This document shows, piece after piece, positions 46,331 through 60,592 of a stretch of DNA of 64,000 nt. Every line of letters begins with the position of its first letter. The first letter of the stretch is position 1. Both the position numbers and the translations under genes were made by a program. The notes beneath the pieces were generated by a model that saw only the letters and a program-made list of their open reading frames with translations, had not been told where the DNA came from and did not search any database. The stretch comes from Epiperipatus broadwayi. Its lineage: Eukaryota > Animalia > Onychophora. The stretch covers positions 6,758,001 to 6,822,000 of the forward strand of contig JAQFVV010000007.1 in the NCBI GenBank assembly GCA_028023455.1, given 5' to 3'.

Positions 46331-49300
46331 GTCACGAAATAGAAATTTCTTATGCACTGCCATTTGAAATCTATCAATTGTTCAATCTTGCAGAAGATGG
46401 CAGAACTTCAGTAGGAGAAGTAGATTTTCTATTTATATCTAAAAATATACTTTTGCATTGGATTAGACATAGAAAATAAATTAACAATAGAAGACTTCTA
46501 AAAGGGAGTATTAGATTAATGTGAACTTTTTTTATGAAAAGATAAACTCTGTTTATATTATAAAATATCTCAAACACATTGTAAAAAAATAAAAATATTG
46601 TTTTATTTGAGAAAATTTGTGAAAATAAGACTACTTTGGAGAGCTTTAATTAGACCTAGAATTGAAGTATTTTAGAAAGTTTGCTGTAGAAGAAATTAAA
46701 AACACATCACTACAAAATATCAGACAAATAAAAAATAGGGCCAGCATGTTCTATACATGGATGCATTTGTGCTTGACAAATTGGTTGTATAGACATCTCA
46801 AATCTCATTTCTACTGAAGTTATTTAGTTTTTTTGTGTGTTCAATTTGTCTTTTTAACATTATTTTTTTTTTGGAGTTAGAATGTCAATATTCATTTATG
46901 AGTATCTGATAATGATGACAAATATCATAGTGTTAAAAGATCATGTGTTTTAATAAGTAGTGCATCTGTTTCCTATACTTATGACAATAGATTTAAACTT
47001 AGACAATTGATTTAAAAAAAAAAAAAAACAGATGAAAATCTGTAAGCTTAAACTTTTTGTTAGCTAGTCAACATATAGACAATATAGCTAACCATACAAT
47101 TATTGATCATGATATGGATATATTATGCAAAGGATAAACTTAATCACCATCCAGCAATTGACAAGATAGATGTGCCTTCTACTTCACTGACCACTATAAA
47201 AAGTTACTGGGGCGAACCCTGCCCTACAGTGAACTATTTAAAGTTTTTTCACATTCACACTGTAGTTAGTTCCAATATATATAATGTTTTTTTTATCAGG
47301 TAAAGAAAATAATGCTGACATACAAAAAGTTTCTGGGATTGATTTCCAAACTGAAATTTTTACAAAATATAGAGAGACATGCAAATATATTTTAGTCAGG
47401 ACAATTGAGGCAGCCATCTCTAAATATCATTGGTAATTAAATGTCATCTAATCGTATGAACAATTAACCCTGAAATTAGATAAATAAACAATCATATTAC
47501 AGACATACAGAGATTAAATTTTATAAACTACTACTTTAAGATATGTGTTTTTATTTACAGGTATTATTGACACTAATATTTCAGTATGTATATTATTTTG
47601 AGTATTTTTACAAAAGTCAAACATGTTAAAAAATCCACAGCTGCTACCCATTATAATAGAATATGTTCATTTTAACAATGTAACAAAAACCATATGGATA
47701 AGCATACACACATGAGATTAACTAACTTTGGGCAAGAGTTGAGATAGACATACATAGATAAATGTAAACACACATGAGAAAGATTGAATAAGAATAGTCT
47801 TCACCATTAGTATTTTTAATTACACAATAATATAGTATTTTTTCATAAAATATATATGTGTAAACCTGGGATTGTATGAATATTCAAATATAAAAATAAT
47901 ATTACATTCATTCATAAAACATATTGTTAGAATAAGTATTATATATAAATGTTTTCATGGATTGCAGATATAAAAAACATATTTTGTGAGTCCATCCATG
48001 TAAGATTTTAATTTAAAAACTCCAATATTTTGACTTGATCACACAAGTCCTCAACTGGGAAATGAAAACTATATATATATATATATATAACACAAGAAAA
48101 TGTAATGTGAATATATATAACATCCAATACAATTGTTTAAATAGTAAATGTGGTTATAGTAAATAATACACATTCCCATTTAGCTTTCAACACTATGATA
48201 AGTAACAGTTTGATAATAAGTAAGAAGGTGGAATTATTCTTACTATCATATTGTGAAATGCTAAGTGGGAATGTGTATGATTTATTTTAACATCATTTAT
48301 TATTTAAACGATTATATTGAACTGTATTTAATGTTATACACACATATCTTATAATTCAAGATATGAAAAATGTTTGTCTGCATGATACTTTTGGTGAACT
48401 AAACTAGAATCATACAGTCAGGTGACATGTATGCACTTTATTCAAATTAGTTATTCAAATATTCCACTTATTAGATAATGAAAAGAATATCAACATTACA
48501 TACATATCTTATAATATCTCAACATAAATTAATAAAAGATGATTTCATTACATTGAAATACTATGTTTCACCACTTTAACATTAAACATTATATGCATAT
48601 TAAATTTAAATGACAGACGTTTCTATAAGTGGGAATTAAGTTGCTACCTAGCTTAAATATATTTGTGCAGGTGCGTACTACTTATGTAATAACCACACAG
48701 ATGGAGTAAATAATATCTTCGTTATACATATATAAATACATTTATGGTAAAAGTTGTAAAAATTGAATGGATTATAAAATGAAAGTGTAAAAATGAAAGT
48801 GAATATATACACATAATAAAACAAAATATTGGAATTAGGTTATAGCATGACTACCATTTTAAATAAATACTGTCAAGACGGCAGCCATGCTGTAAGTTAG
48901 CAATTTATAAAAAGTTATTAAACAAGATGAATTTGTATCCCTTTATAATTAACGTTTATGTAATTAAACTTTCAATGCATGCACCATAATCATGGTTTAT
49001 ATATTATGGGTTCCAAGCTACCAATTCTTTGTAATTACTTTAAGGCAATTGTATTTATACATTGAAATTCCATTACACATTTATTTGAACATTATTGATA
49101 CATTGGCTAATGATATTCTTCGAATGGATGTGACATATCTTTTTAATTATTCATCTTCTACTGTCATGCTCCTAGAAAACAGTTGGATATTTGAAGGATC
49201 AAAGAGTATGAATTTATGATGTTTATTTACTTCTGATCTTCTGTACAGTTGCACATGTTGATGTAATTTTGTAGATATATTCATCTGAGATTTTAAAAAA

Positions 49301-49639
49301 ACAAGAAATTCAGGCATCTAAAGCATAAACTATTTGTGCTTTTCCATGATATGTGATTTTATTTTAATAATTATTAATGATTCAACTTAAGCTGTATGGG
49401 ATTCTAAAAGTCACATTGAATCCTTTTCACATAACTTTTTTATTATATGCTTTTATTGAACTGTTTTTGTCCATCTATTTGCATGAGAAATCTTACAATT
49501 TAATTTGTATCCATTTCCCAATTTCTATTTTAGTTGAAACTTTTCATGCACGTTTTTTGATAACAGTACATTTTTTTGTTTGAAAACAATTTTACTTAAA
49601 AAAATAAGCAAAAAATTTTAATTTTTACTTTTATATAGG

Positions 49640-50185
49640 ATGTGATGTGTTGTACTGTAGCTTCCCCTTAAATGAAGTCAATAATCTCTCAGCAATTATG
49701 CCCAGAGAAACCTGTTAGCTATTTTATTTTACAGTCCCCAGTTTAAGTTTTTCTATATTCTGCTCCATCCCATTTCCACAACATAATCTTTGTCAACTCT
49801 ATAACCTTTATATCTAAATCCCTCTTATCTTTTCCCAAATCCAACATAAAAACTAATAACCCATTTTCTGTATAATCACTTTTTTCATATTTATTCTTCC
49901 ATAACTTCATTATACATGCCCTTTCTGTTTTCAAGTATTTACATTCAATTAACAGATGCCTAATATTTTCTATTCCTTCTTTACATAATTTACAGACTAA
50001 ATCACCCATATTTTTCCATTTACATGTATATTCTTTTGTTGCTAAAGATCCCATTCGAACCTTAAACAATAAGGTACTTTCCTTACTATTATCATATATT
50101 AACTTGCACCTAATATTCTGTTTATTTCTATATATATTTAAACTCTTTTTACTCTCCATACTAGTTCTCTATCTCTCTAAACTTT
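49640..50185 (-). mobile_element. Family A LINE, copy 5
   Basis: ORF 49743-50159 is homologous to copy 4. Tail relic ATGTGATGTGTTGTAC. Confidence 0.9.
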
Positions 50186-51980
50186 TTTATAAACTGAAAA
50201 ATAAAAATAAAAACTTTAAAAAAATGGTTTCATTCACAAAATGCACTGAAAATTAAAAAAAAAAATGCACTAAAAAAAATAAAACAATATTTTTTTTCTG
50301 GTTTCTATGATATTCTTGACATTATTGGACTAAAATAAAAACATGCAACAGTCATATTTATAAATAGATTACTTGGACACTATATGTTTTATTTTGGTTA
50401 AATAATATCAAAAATACTATGAAAGCAGAAGAAAATTTATTTTTTATTTTTTAGTGTATTTATGTAAATAAAAGCATTTTTAAAAATTTATTTGAAATAT
50501 TTTACTTCTATTTACATGTGACATATATATCATGGAGATGTACACTTATGTTTTTACTTTGGGGTTGAACTGTTTATTGTTATTATGATTTCATCTTTTG
50601 AGATTAATCAAAACATATGAATCAAATGTCTAATTAAATTATCAAAATTTCTTTTTTACCTGCTTCAAAACTGTGAACCAAATTGTTACAGAATTAAGAC
50701 ACATTAAAACCAATATATTTATGTGAAACTAATTGATTTGAACTTATATGCATATAGCTTCTCACATTTAGAGTTTTAATTATCATATTGTAATCTATTC
50801 ATTTATATAATGTTGTATATATATATATAACTATTATAAACCAGTCAATACATGGACAATCCCAATATAGATAACAATCCATAATCTCAAACCGTTGTCA
50901 AGGTAACCTCTTTTTAACAATATATGTATTTTAATTCAGTGGTGTCATTTTCATCATCTAAAGAACATTTGATATTTCATTTATGGATAAGGTTTATAAA
51001 AATATAATTATTTCCTGGGGACCATATTAAAGCACGCCACCTGTGTATCTGACACATAATGGGCCAGAATAATAATCAGATAATACTAAAATAATACTAA
51101 ACTGCAAATGAGACTCATTGATCATAAATATATTAACTCTCTCACACAACTCTAGCACTGTAGCAGCACTGGTTTCCCCTATCTGCAAGTTTTCACCATT
51201 AAACTAATATTACTTATAAGAATATAATACATTTTAATTCATTTGATATTTTTATTTAAGAATGAAGGAAATTTTAAAAAATCATATGTGACTTTTGCAA
51301 ATATGAAAAAAAATACATCATAATCAAAACAATAAAAGTTTTTCATCATCAATTGTCAGGAGGACCAGTTTAATTTCAGACAATGAACAAAAACTTTATT
51401 ATTTGATATTTATAATTAAAATGTGAATGAATAAATGTCAGTATCTAATAAATTTATCAAATTATGCTTTAAAAGCTTACATTTTTTTAAAATATTTTTT
51501 TCAATATTGCAATATATTCTAACAGACATTATGTGATGATGTTTAACTAACAGCTTGTGATTGCCATGCACATTATGCAGAAAAATGTCTTTTACTTTTA
51601 AAAATAGAACATTTACATGCAAAATAAATATGTTATAATGTACATTATTTATTTTAATATCTATGCAAAAATGATCGTAAGTATAAATAAACTTTGCAAA
51701 AAAATAAAGTTTTTAAGTATTTAAAATATTTTTTTTGAAGTAATATCACAAAGTTGGGGACTGCCTATGATGAAAAAAGATATGAAGATGGGAGTTAAAA
51801 GTCTTTCAAGTCACCCCATTTTCTATTATCCTGACATCTATAGAATTTTTTTTGGGAAATAAATATTATAATTAAATATATGCAATTTTAGCACTAATTA
51901 AAAAAAAGAAATTTCTCTTAATAGATGGTGAAATGATTTTCATTCAAAAAGCATTGTCTGGAACATTAAATAGGTTAGTT

Positions 51981-52369
51981 CAGGGGTCCCCAACCCTATG
52001 CCCACGGGCACCATGGTGCCTGCAAACCATTTTACATGTGCCTGCCGCTATCTGAACACGATAAAACATTCTGATACAAATTTAATTTTTAAAATTTCTT
52101 ATAAATTATTGTATTATATTGTAATCAAATTGTAAAACATACTATACTTTTATAGTGTAACAATATAAACATTTATTATATGTTAAAATTTTATTTTTGA
52201 AATAAATATTTTTTTGTACATTATGTGTATTATTAACAATATCCAACTATAAATTTACATTGAAAAAATAAGTGGTGCCCGCCATCTGGTTGAAAAAAAT
52301 AAATGGTGCCCACCACCTGGCTGGGATTATAGAATGTGCTCTTAAGTGCAAAAAGGTTGGGGACCCCTG
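51981..52369. mobile_element. hAT-type MITE
   Basis: 15-bp TIRs CAGGGGTCCCCAACC / GGTTGGGGACCCCTG and a perfect 8-bp TSD GGTTAGTT. Internal GGTGCC repeats. Confidence 0.92.
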
Positions 52370-52779
52370 GGTTAGTTAATGCTTTTTTTATATTGCTAAA
52401 TTTTTCATTATACTTATATCAATCTTATATATATATATATATATATATTGTAACCATATATTTTAGTATAAAATATATTAATTGATGTAACTAGTATAAA
52501 AATGTCTCTTTCTTCTTTTGGTGATTTGATTGGCTTGATTTGCACTTTGAACAGATTACTCTCTTATATTATTTTAATAAATTTAAGTTTGCTTCTTCCC
52601 ATATACTAACTCATATCAAAACGTTTAACTTTTTAAAAATTTGACAACACATTAAAATTTGGTAAAATAGTATTAAAAATAGTACTTTGTTTTATCTGTT
52701 TAAAATGATCTTAAAAATTATTTCTATTAAATTTACAGAACCATTTATTCAGTTAAAATTAATTATTAAAAATAAATAC

Positions 52780-55700
52780 AGTAATTACGTATGCGTCTCA
52801 ATGTAAAAAAAGAAAAGAGCGCGAATTTAAGGGAGATCATCTGTTAGTTTGTTTTTGGAGGAAGAAAGAAAGGAAAATGGTAAAGGCAAATGGTGTAAAT
52901 TTGATAAGCTTAATTTAAAATAGTTAATAAGTAAACGGATTACCACAAAAGTTGCTATAAAAGTAAATATAACATAGTGGTAATTAATTATAAGATGAAT
53001 TGCTAAATTTAAAAGTCTGTTCAAGTTGGCTGGCCAAGTGGATCGAATCACCGGTAATAATTTCCCAATATTACATTTTTAAAATGTCGGAGCTTCCCAG
53101 TTTAAATTTAAAAGAATCAATTGCAAGAATTTGGTATGTTTTAAAATGTTTATTATTCTACAATTTGAAAAAATTAAATAAGTATTTTAATTACAGAAGT
53201 TTTATGAAAATGAAAATTTGCTTTTTAAAAAAGAAGAAGTTTAAGTTAAAGTAAAATGTTAAGTTATCAACATAGTTTAATATTTCTGTATCTAATTCTA
53301 ATAAAAATATAGTATTGATTGATAATTAACTTTACAATGACATTAATCTATTTGCTAGTTAATTTGTTTAACATTTGGATAATAAATAGTCTTCAAAGAA
53401 TTAAGCAAAGCTATTTTCTAATTTTATCGTCAATTGGAATGATTGAATTAATTGCTATAATTAGTATTCCTAGATTTAAGCGTGGATGAATAAATATTCG
53501 CATGGATGTGATAAACTTGGAACACTTTTGATAGAGAAATGTAGAGATTAATAACTTTATGAAAAACATTTTCATTTAAATTCTGCGTATCATGTTTTAA
53601 AATTGTTTCATGTTTTGGGGAGCCACGCAAAATCGTTGATCTAACATTGCTTATAATAACTAATCAAATGGATAGAATTGCATGTATGGAATTTAACTAC
53701 AGTTATAGTTATTACCTCGTATACTTATTATTCTACACATCGTACATGGATTCCACGGATCACATTAGGAGTTATAAAATGCTATACAATCCAATTTGTG
53801 ATACACACATCTGCTAAAATTCATGTATTGAACTATAAATGCTTTACATTTAGTTTTATCACACACACACACCGTTAAATTTTATATATTTGATGAATAA
53901 TACATTAATTTAATTTTATCGTTATATGAACTTGCATATGAAGTTCATAAGTTATATTTTATTAAGTTTAAATTAATAAGGGTTGAATAAAATATTTATT
54001 CAAGAGAATAGCGCTTGCGGAAAAGCTTAAAAGTACTAAATGAATTCATGAGATATATCAATCTTTATGAGATATTTTGTGAGTCTTTCCAGATTTATAT
54101 TCCTATACTAAAATTCCTTATATTATATTACATACGTTTTATTTTAAGCAAGATAAGTTAGTACATTAGTTGTCCTGATTGGTGTAACATTTTATTATGC
54201 AAGAACCCACATTTGCTAAAGTGTTAGTGTTTTCTGAATGATCAGAATAACTGAGGGGGATGATTTTGCACTTTAATGTGAAGTAAATAGTAGTGTTGTT
54301 TTATAATGTTGAAAGGCATTAATCTGTGCTGGTGGTTAATCCGCAGATTATTTAATTGCCATTTTTTATATTTTACATTCATTCCAGCGCTGGTGGTTAA
54401 TCCGCGGAATTGTGTGATTATACGTATTACTTTATGATGGTGTTTAAATACACAAAACGTTTAGTATTATTTAATTCCTACGTGTAGATGAATGCATCCA
54501 CAGGAATATGTTTTGCTTCACAGATATAAGTTGGGCAAAGTATTTTAGTTAATCTGCTAAATCATCTTCTTCATTTATAAGCATAATTTATCGGTTAGAT
54601 TATTAAATGGTAACAGGACATTCTATTCAAGTACTTCATAATAATTAACTGTTGGTTGATTATTATTTACCGGAACGTAAGTTTAAATTGTCACTTTAAT
54701 TAATGATTACATTATAGCTAAATCATACAGACATCACATTATTTATTATATCATTATAGGTGTACAGTAGGGATTTATTGAATCTGGAAATGACGTTCAA
54801 TATTTCATGAATTGATGCTGAATTTATTATAAATTCCTCAATATTCAGTATATCAAATTGAAAATAAGGTACGATTAGGTTTTTAAATACTGTACCTATG
54901 AGATGTACTGAAGAAAGTCGATTGAATTATAATTTATTTATTTGATTTGTTTATTTATGTTTTATTTAGAATATCGAAATTAATTACTTATTGTTCATAA
55001 ATTTGTAAATAAAAGTTGATTTATAATTAAACTTACTGTGCCGTTGCTATGTGTCATTCATAAAATCAGAGATCATAAACTTTGGATGGGGCATACATTA
55101 AAGAGCATACATTATAGAGCATACCTTGAATTACATATTATCGTCAACATGATATAAGAGTTTATAAATATTTTTTGAGAAAACATTTGGATGCTTTTCG
55201 TCTTTGATAGTTTATGATGAGTAAGGTACAATAAAATCCCATTTACCTTTTCCATCATTGTGGCTTTGCGTAGTTGATTCTAGTATAAAATATAAATTAA
55301 TTATTAAACTTGTAAACAGATTTACCAAATAATGATATGATTCAATATATTTACTTAACGTTTTTAAAATTGTCATTTGTCAGTATAATAAGAGTCTCAA
55401 TAATATGATAAACTATAAAATCAGAACCCAAGTATTTATATTTATTTATTGCAAAGCTTTACCTGGACTAGCATTCGTATTAAAAATCATATAGATGGTT
55501 TAAAATTTCATAATCTTATGTAGTTCCACAAATTACGCCATCTTGTACATGGTCGGCCATAGGGTCGCATACTATAAAAATCGCAAATTAAGGTTTAAAA
55601 GTAATAACATTGCACTTATAATTTGTATAATGTATTTTATCATACTACTATGATAGTTCTTCGCGGTACACCCTGGCTGCGATCAAATTAAATCATAAAG

Positions 55701-56060
55701 GTTTATGTTAGATCATTAGTTTGGTCTATGGTAAGTGCTCCAGATGTTGATTGTGGTCCTTAGTGCATAAAATAGATAGCATGATATGCTTTTGGTTACA
55801 GCTCTTAATAGCTGACAATAATTGAGTGGGAATTGATCAGTGATCAAGGTTACAATTCTTAGTGCACTTATGTTTTGGTGATATTACGTAGTTGGGACAC
55901 AATCAAATGGTTACAATTTTTGGTGCTGCAATGAGTTCGGCACGAGGCCTTCGATGGCATATAGTTGGCCACGAGAAGATTTACGGTCACAATTTTGGCT
56001 GCCCAACTACAGGGGCCTTCAGTGGTCATTAGCTGGCCATCAAGAATTTAGGGTTACAAT
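52780..56060. promoter_or_regulatory. CpG-retaining zone, possible unmethylated promoter region
   Basis: Visibly more CpG than the flanks. YY1-like CGCCATCTT near 55537 and several GTAAGT/GTAC donor-like sites. Compositional inference only. Confidence 0.3.
55845..56060. repeat. Degenerate minisatellite (~60-75 bp period)
   Basis: GGT(T/C)ACAAT recurs at ~55848, 55909, 55985 and 56052, with GGCCTTC and AG(T/C)TGGCCA in the last two units. Confidence 0.55.
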
Positions 56061-58072
56061 ATATATATATATATATATATATATACAAGATTAGTCCAAA
56101 GTATTCAAGTATATAGATGATCAAAGGTAAACACTAATTATAATTCCATACTTCTTGTCTATGGAAAGATAAGAGATGCTTCTAATATTTCAAATGCCAA
56201 AATTGTTTGTTAGAAGTGTGATAATAAAAAAAGAGTTGCCATTGCTTGATGATTACTGTTTTATAATGTATACATTATGATTATTGTGCTTGATTCTGAA
56301 AATATAGTGAGTCAAAATTAAAGTACAAGGAAATGTAAATTAATTATATTTTTCTGGTGGTTTCTTTATCAAATTTTGCTACATTTAGTGCTAAAATTAT
56401 TTGTATATAATCACTATAGACATTTTCAGATGTTTCAAGTGGTATCATGTGGTGAGAAAATCAACAAACGTACTTACTAAATATATGTTTGTGCAATCAA
56501 ACATGACAGTGCCAGTAACTCAGGAAATCCTTCGAAACTTCAACAAACAATGCAGGCCAATCTTTATTAAATATGCATTCAAAGTTATATATGATGTCAA
56601 AGTTCGAGCACAAATTTTAGTGGTAGTTTAATTAAGTAATCCTTTGCATCAACTTAATGTCATCAAACAAGGCATAAATATGTAATAGTACTAACATTAT
56701 TTATCTACCCTTTCTATAGATATTTATATATTTATGTAAGATAATTATGAATTCATCTTGCATAAATTATTTCAGCCATGTTACTTATACCAACAACGAA
56801 CAAATTAATCTAGCTACTTAATTCAAATTTTCTATATTTGTTTCCAGTATAGATTTACACATTGATTTAATTTTTATATCTAAAGACAAACTGGATTTAG
56901 TTCTATAAAATTTAATATGCTAATGTTAAAATATACAAATAAGTATTAGGTGTAACTAGCTTAAAAAAATCCAACATCTATAATAGTGTATATATTCTAT
57001 TTAACAAATAAAATTTAATTTCATGGTTAATTTAAACGTTACTGTTTAAACATGATTTGGGCTAACTTCTTATAATTTGTGTATATTTACACAGTTTGAT
57101 TGTTTATTCACCAAATTATCTGAAGTATTTATAAAATATGCTGGTTTTTCTTGATCTCAAATCAAATTATTTTCAACATATAAAATAAATGTATTATCAA
57201 AACAAACAAGCCCATGGTAACTAATTATGTGCTCTGCAAAAACTGTCATGTGATCAATGACCCTTTTGTTTTCTAAATAATATTTCATGTCTGTATATTC
57301 TCTTTTTAAAGCACATTTAGATTCTCTTTAGTAACATTGATGACACACACATGATATATATATATGTAACAAAATTGTTCACAAACACATAATATTATGT
57401 TGAACTGGATCCATTATCTAATATTGTTTTAATTTCATTAGAAAAACTCTAACTTCATTTGAAATTGAAATACATTCAACTAATAATAGTAAAAGGACAC
57501 AATTTAGTATATAGCATAATGTTTTGAGTAGTATTACTTTCTCTTTTTCAGGTATTGTTGGCCTACAAGAAACAGTACTAGCATGGGAATAAAACCAGGA
57601 CCTTTAAATTCTTGAATGTTGAATTTAAAATGATACTATAATTAACCAGGCTTTTTCAGATGTTGTTGGTCTGACCAGTGACACTACTAGCATGCCCTGA
57701 CAACAGTTTGAATTTATTGATTGTTATTGGTATTATCTAAGTGTTGAATGGTTTTTAATGATATAAGTCCATGAAAAAGATACAGGCCACACTATTAATT
57801 TGTAGGAAGCTAAGGTTGTCTTTTTTCAGAAAAATAAAATAAAAGGAATTAAAGAATCTTTATTATTAAAAATGTATGATTCTGAAGCAATTAACTTATT
57901 TAAAAGTTCTTTTAATATAAAGGGTGGATGGGAAATAAATGGAATTGTGGGTAGTGTTTAATATAAATATGCTGTTGTTTTGTAGTTCTTTACACTTGAG
58001 AAGTCTGCTTGTAGGAGTGAAACCATTGCTTGTGTATGAGTTTTGGATTTGGGGTATTTTTGATATATATAT

Positions 58073-58216
58073 ATGATCACAGTGGAGCTTTACCAATAGC
58101 TCACTCAATCTTGTTTACAAAAAATGCCGAGAGAGATACTGAATTTTCGATTCTCTCTTGGCATTTTTTGTAAACAAGTTTGAGTGAGCTATTAGTAAAG
58201 CTCCATCTGTGATCAT
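58073..58216. repeat. Young hairpin element
   Basis: ~64-bp arms (58073-58136 / 58152-58216) with few mismatches and a 15-nt loop TACTGAATTTTCGAT. Confidence 0.85.
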
Positions 58217-58265
58217 AAAATGCAAGCTATAGGCAGGTTAAAAAATTTTTAACTTGTTTTTATGT

Positions 58266-58268
<3 letters not shown>

Positions 58269-58319
<51 letters not shown>
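58269..58319. repeat. (AT)n microsatellite
   Basis: Pure AT run. Confidence 0.95.
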
Positions 58320-58320
<1 letters not shown>

Positions 58321-59599
58321 CAAAATCAGAATTGTTTAGTTATGATATTTCAAAGTAATATTTTTGTGGATATAAAGTTAGATACTGGGAAAAAACAATA
58401 GAAAAAGTACTGAAGATTTTGAACTGCTTTTGCTCACCAAAACTTTTTTTGAAAATCTCTTGAATACTGACAAACCTTAGTTTAACCTGATTAGAAATAA
58501 ACTTTGACTCCAAGTACAAATTAAAATTGTTTTACTTAAATCACATTACAAGACAATGTTACCATCATCTTCACCAGCTGGCCACAGATGAGTATGGCTA
58601 CCTCAACCCCAAGAGAAGAAAGGTAAAGAGACAAAACCTACACAAAACAAAAATAACACACTAGAAATAACATTTGTTATTACTGTATTAACATTAACAG
58701 ATCTGTAAAACACATCTATATATAAAATAGTAAATAATATATTAAATGCTAGTATTTAATGTTATATGATTTTATATTTTATTTATTATTATTAGGGTAG
58801 TGTTAGGTAATATTTAATTACCTATATGTAGAACATACTGGTCTATTATTCTAGTAATTTGGCATTTTATGAGGCTATTTTTTAATTTTTTCTGCAGCAA
58901 ACCTTTACTGTTAAAATACTTCAATACCATATTTAATTGCAGCTTTTAAATGTATTCTGTCCTCTGTCATATCTTTACAATAAAAACTGTCAACATTACA
59001 AAATAGTAGACTCTATGATATCACAACCGGCAAGTTGAAAAGCATATTGATTGATCTTATTATTCTGCCTTAGAATTGTAAGAATCATGTCTAAATGACT
59101 TTTTTCTGATGAGTCTGTGTTATATTAAAAGGATGTCCAAGTTCCACATCCATACAATAATTAAGATAAAATAAAAATTCTATATACTCTATATCCAACT
59201 AATTTAGTTGCTATAATTATAACACTGCAATAAAATATCCTATCACCTAATTTGATAAACGTAGCAGCTGCTGTACTTCAATATCCAAGTCCATATTCCT
59301 ATTTAAAAGCTACCAATGTATTTAAAATGTCTCAATTTCTCAAGATGATAATAACTCAAGCTAAAAGTTGCTGAAGATATTTGTTCTACCACTAATTAAT
59401 GTTTTTTTAAGATTAAATACTAAACAATAGTCTCTCCACATTGCATTCAAATTATTATGCTTTCAGAACAATCATCATTATATTATAAATTCCGAATCCA
59501 AAAAGACGATGTTCTTGCTTTTAGTTAATTCAAATTAAAGTTGCCACCATCAAATTTGTATTGTGTCTTGATCTCTATTTTATTACACCATCTTTAAAC

Positions 59600-60313
59600 A
59601 GAATCAAGAACTAGAATTATTAAATTCAAAAACAACGTTGGAGCAAGTAGAAATCATTGTTTAACATCATTTTCATTTTAATTGTCTCAGATTTTCGGCC
59701 TGCAATTATAACACTTCCTTTTATTCTGTTATGTAGAAAACAGTATAAACCATGCTAGTGCACTGATTATTACAAAGATATCAATGATCAAATATGAGTC
59801 TCGCCTCATCAATGCAATACCAAAACGAGCTCAGTCATATATATGGGAACTCTACCATATTATCTAAAGACTACCAATTAGTGGATTGATCACACCATCT
59901 ACCTCAACAATAAAAGTTAATAAATTTAATCACGAACTGAATAGCTTAACTTATAAGCAAGTGACGGACAGATCTCGGGATGCTTGGGCTCAGACTGACA
60001 GATTGGGAGTGAATCAATGACCTTGTCAGTGTTCTCCCAGCCCACTTAGCCTCTGCTTCACATCTTGACTATAAACCTATACTCATTATAAATTTGGATG
60101 TACCTTTCAATGCTCAATGAGGCATACATAATTGTTCAACTGGGACAAAGTATGGACCAATCTAGAATACTACTGAAGCGTTGATCCAACATTCATGTAT
60201 ATATCCACTTCTCATTTGGCTATGGACATTGCTTGGTATTCATGTAATCTTCATTGTATAAAATTGTATAAATCATTTAAATAAATCGTTATTATTTTAA
60301 AAAAAAAAAAAAA
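59600..60313 (+). mobile_element. Decayed poly(A)-tailed LINE 3' end
   Basis: Lower-AT frameshifted segment ending in AATAAA and a poly(A) run at ~60299-60313. Clade not identified. Confidence 0.4.
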
Positions 60314-60325
60314 TTGGATTAACTT

Positions 60326-60592
60326 ATGTTATATAATGAGTGTGAATAGCTCTTAACAAGCTTTTCTGAATATCCTTATCCCTATACTGGTTTTTAGCTG
60401 TTGGCTGTCATCAGTGAGGAACTAGGATATTCAGACACCTCACTGATGACAGCCAATAGCTAGAAACCAGGCAGATAAGAATATTTGAAAAGCTTGATAA
60501 GCACTTTTCATGCTCATTATATAACATTTGTAATACAAGCTTATTAAATTAGGTCACATGATGTATGACTTGATTTCCTTGCAATGCAATCA
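60326..60592 (+). mobile_element. Family B hairpin copy folded back at the HHR
   Basis: Arms at 60326-60419 and 60438-60527 with an 18-nt loop. The ~65-nt tail is homologous to 2460-2519. CTGATGA lies at 60443-60449 (plus) and 60414-60408 (minus). Confidence 0.85.

Noticed and set aside
50860-50912. TTGACAA variant core on the minus strand
   Set aside because: Only ~25 nt resembles family E, with no helix II or GAAA.
52827-53254. ORFs resembling an RTE terminus (LAGQVDR)
   Set aside because: Similarity is limited to a few residues.
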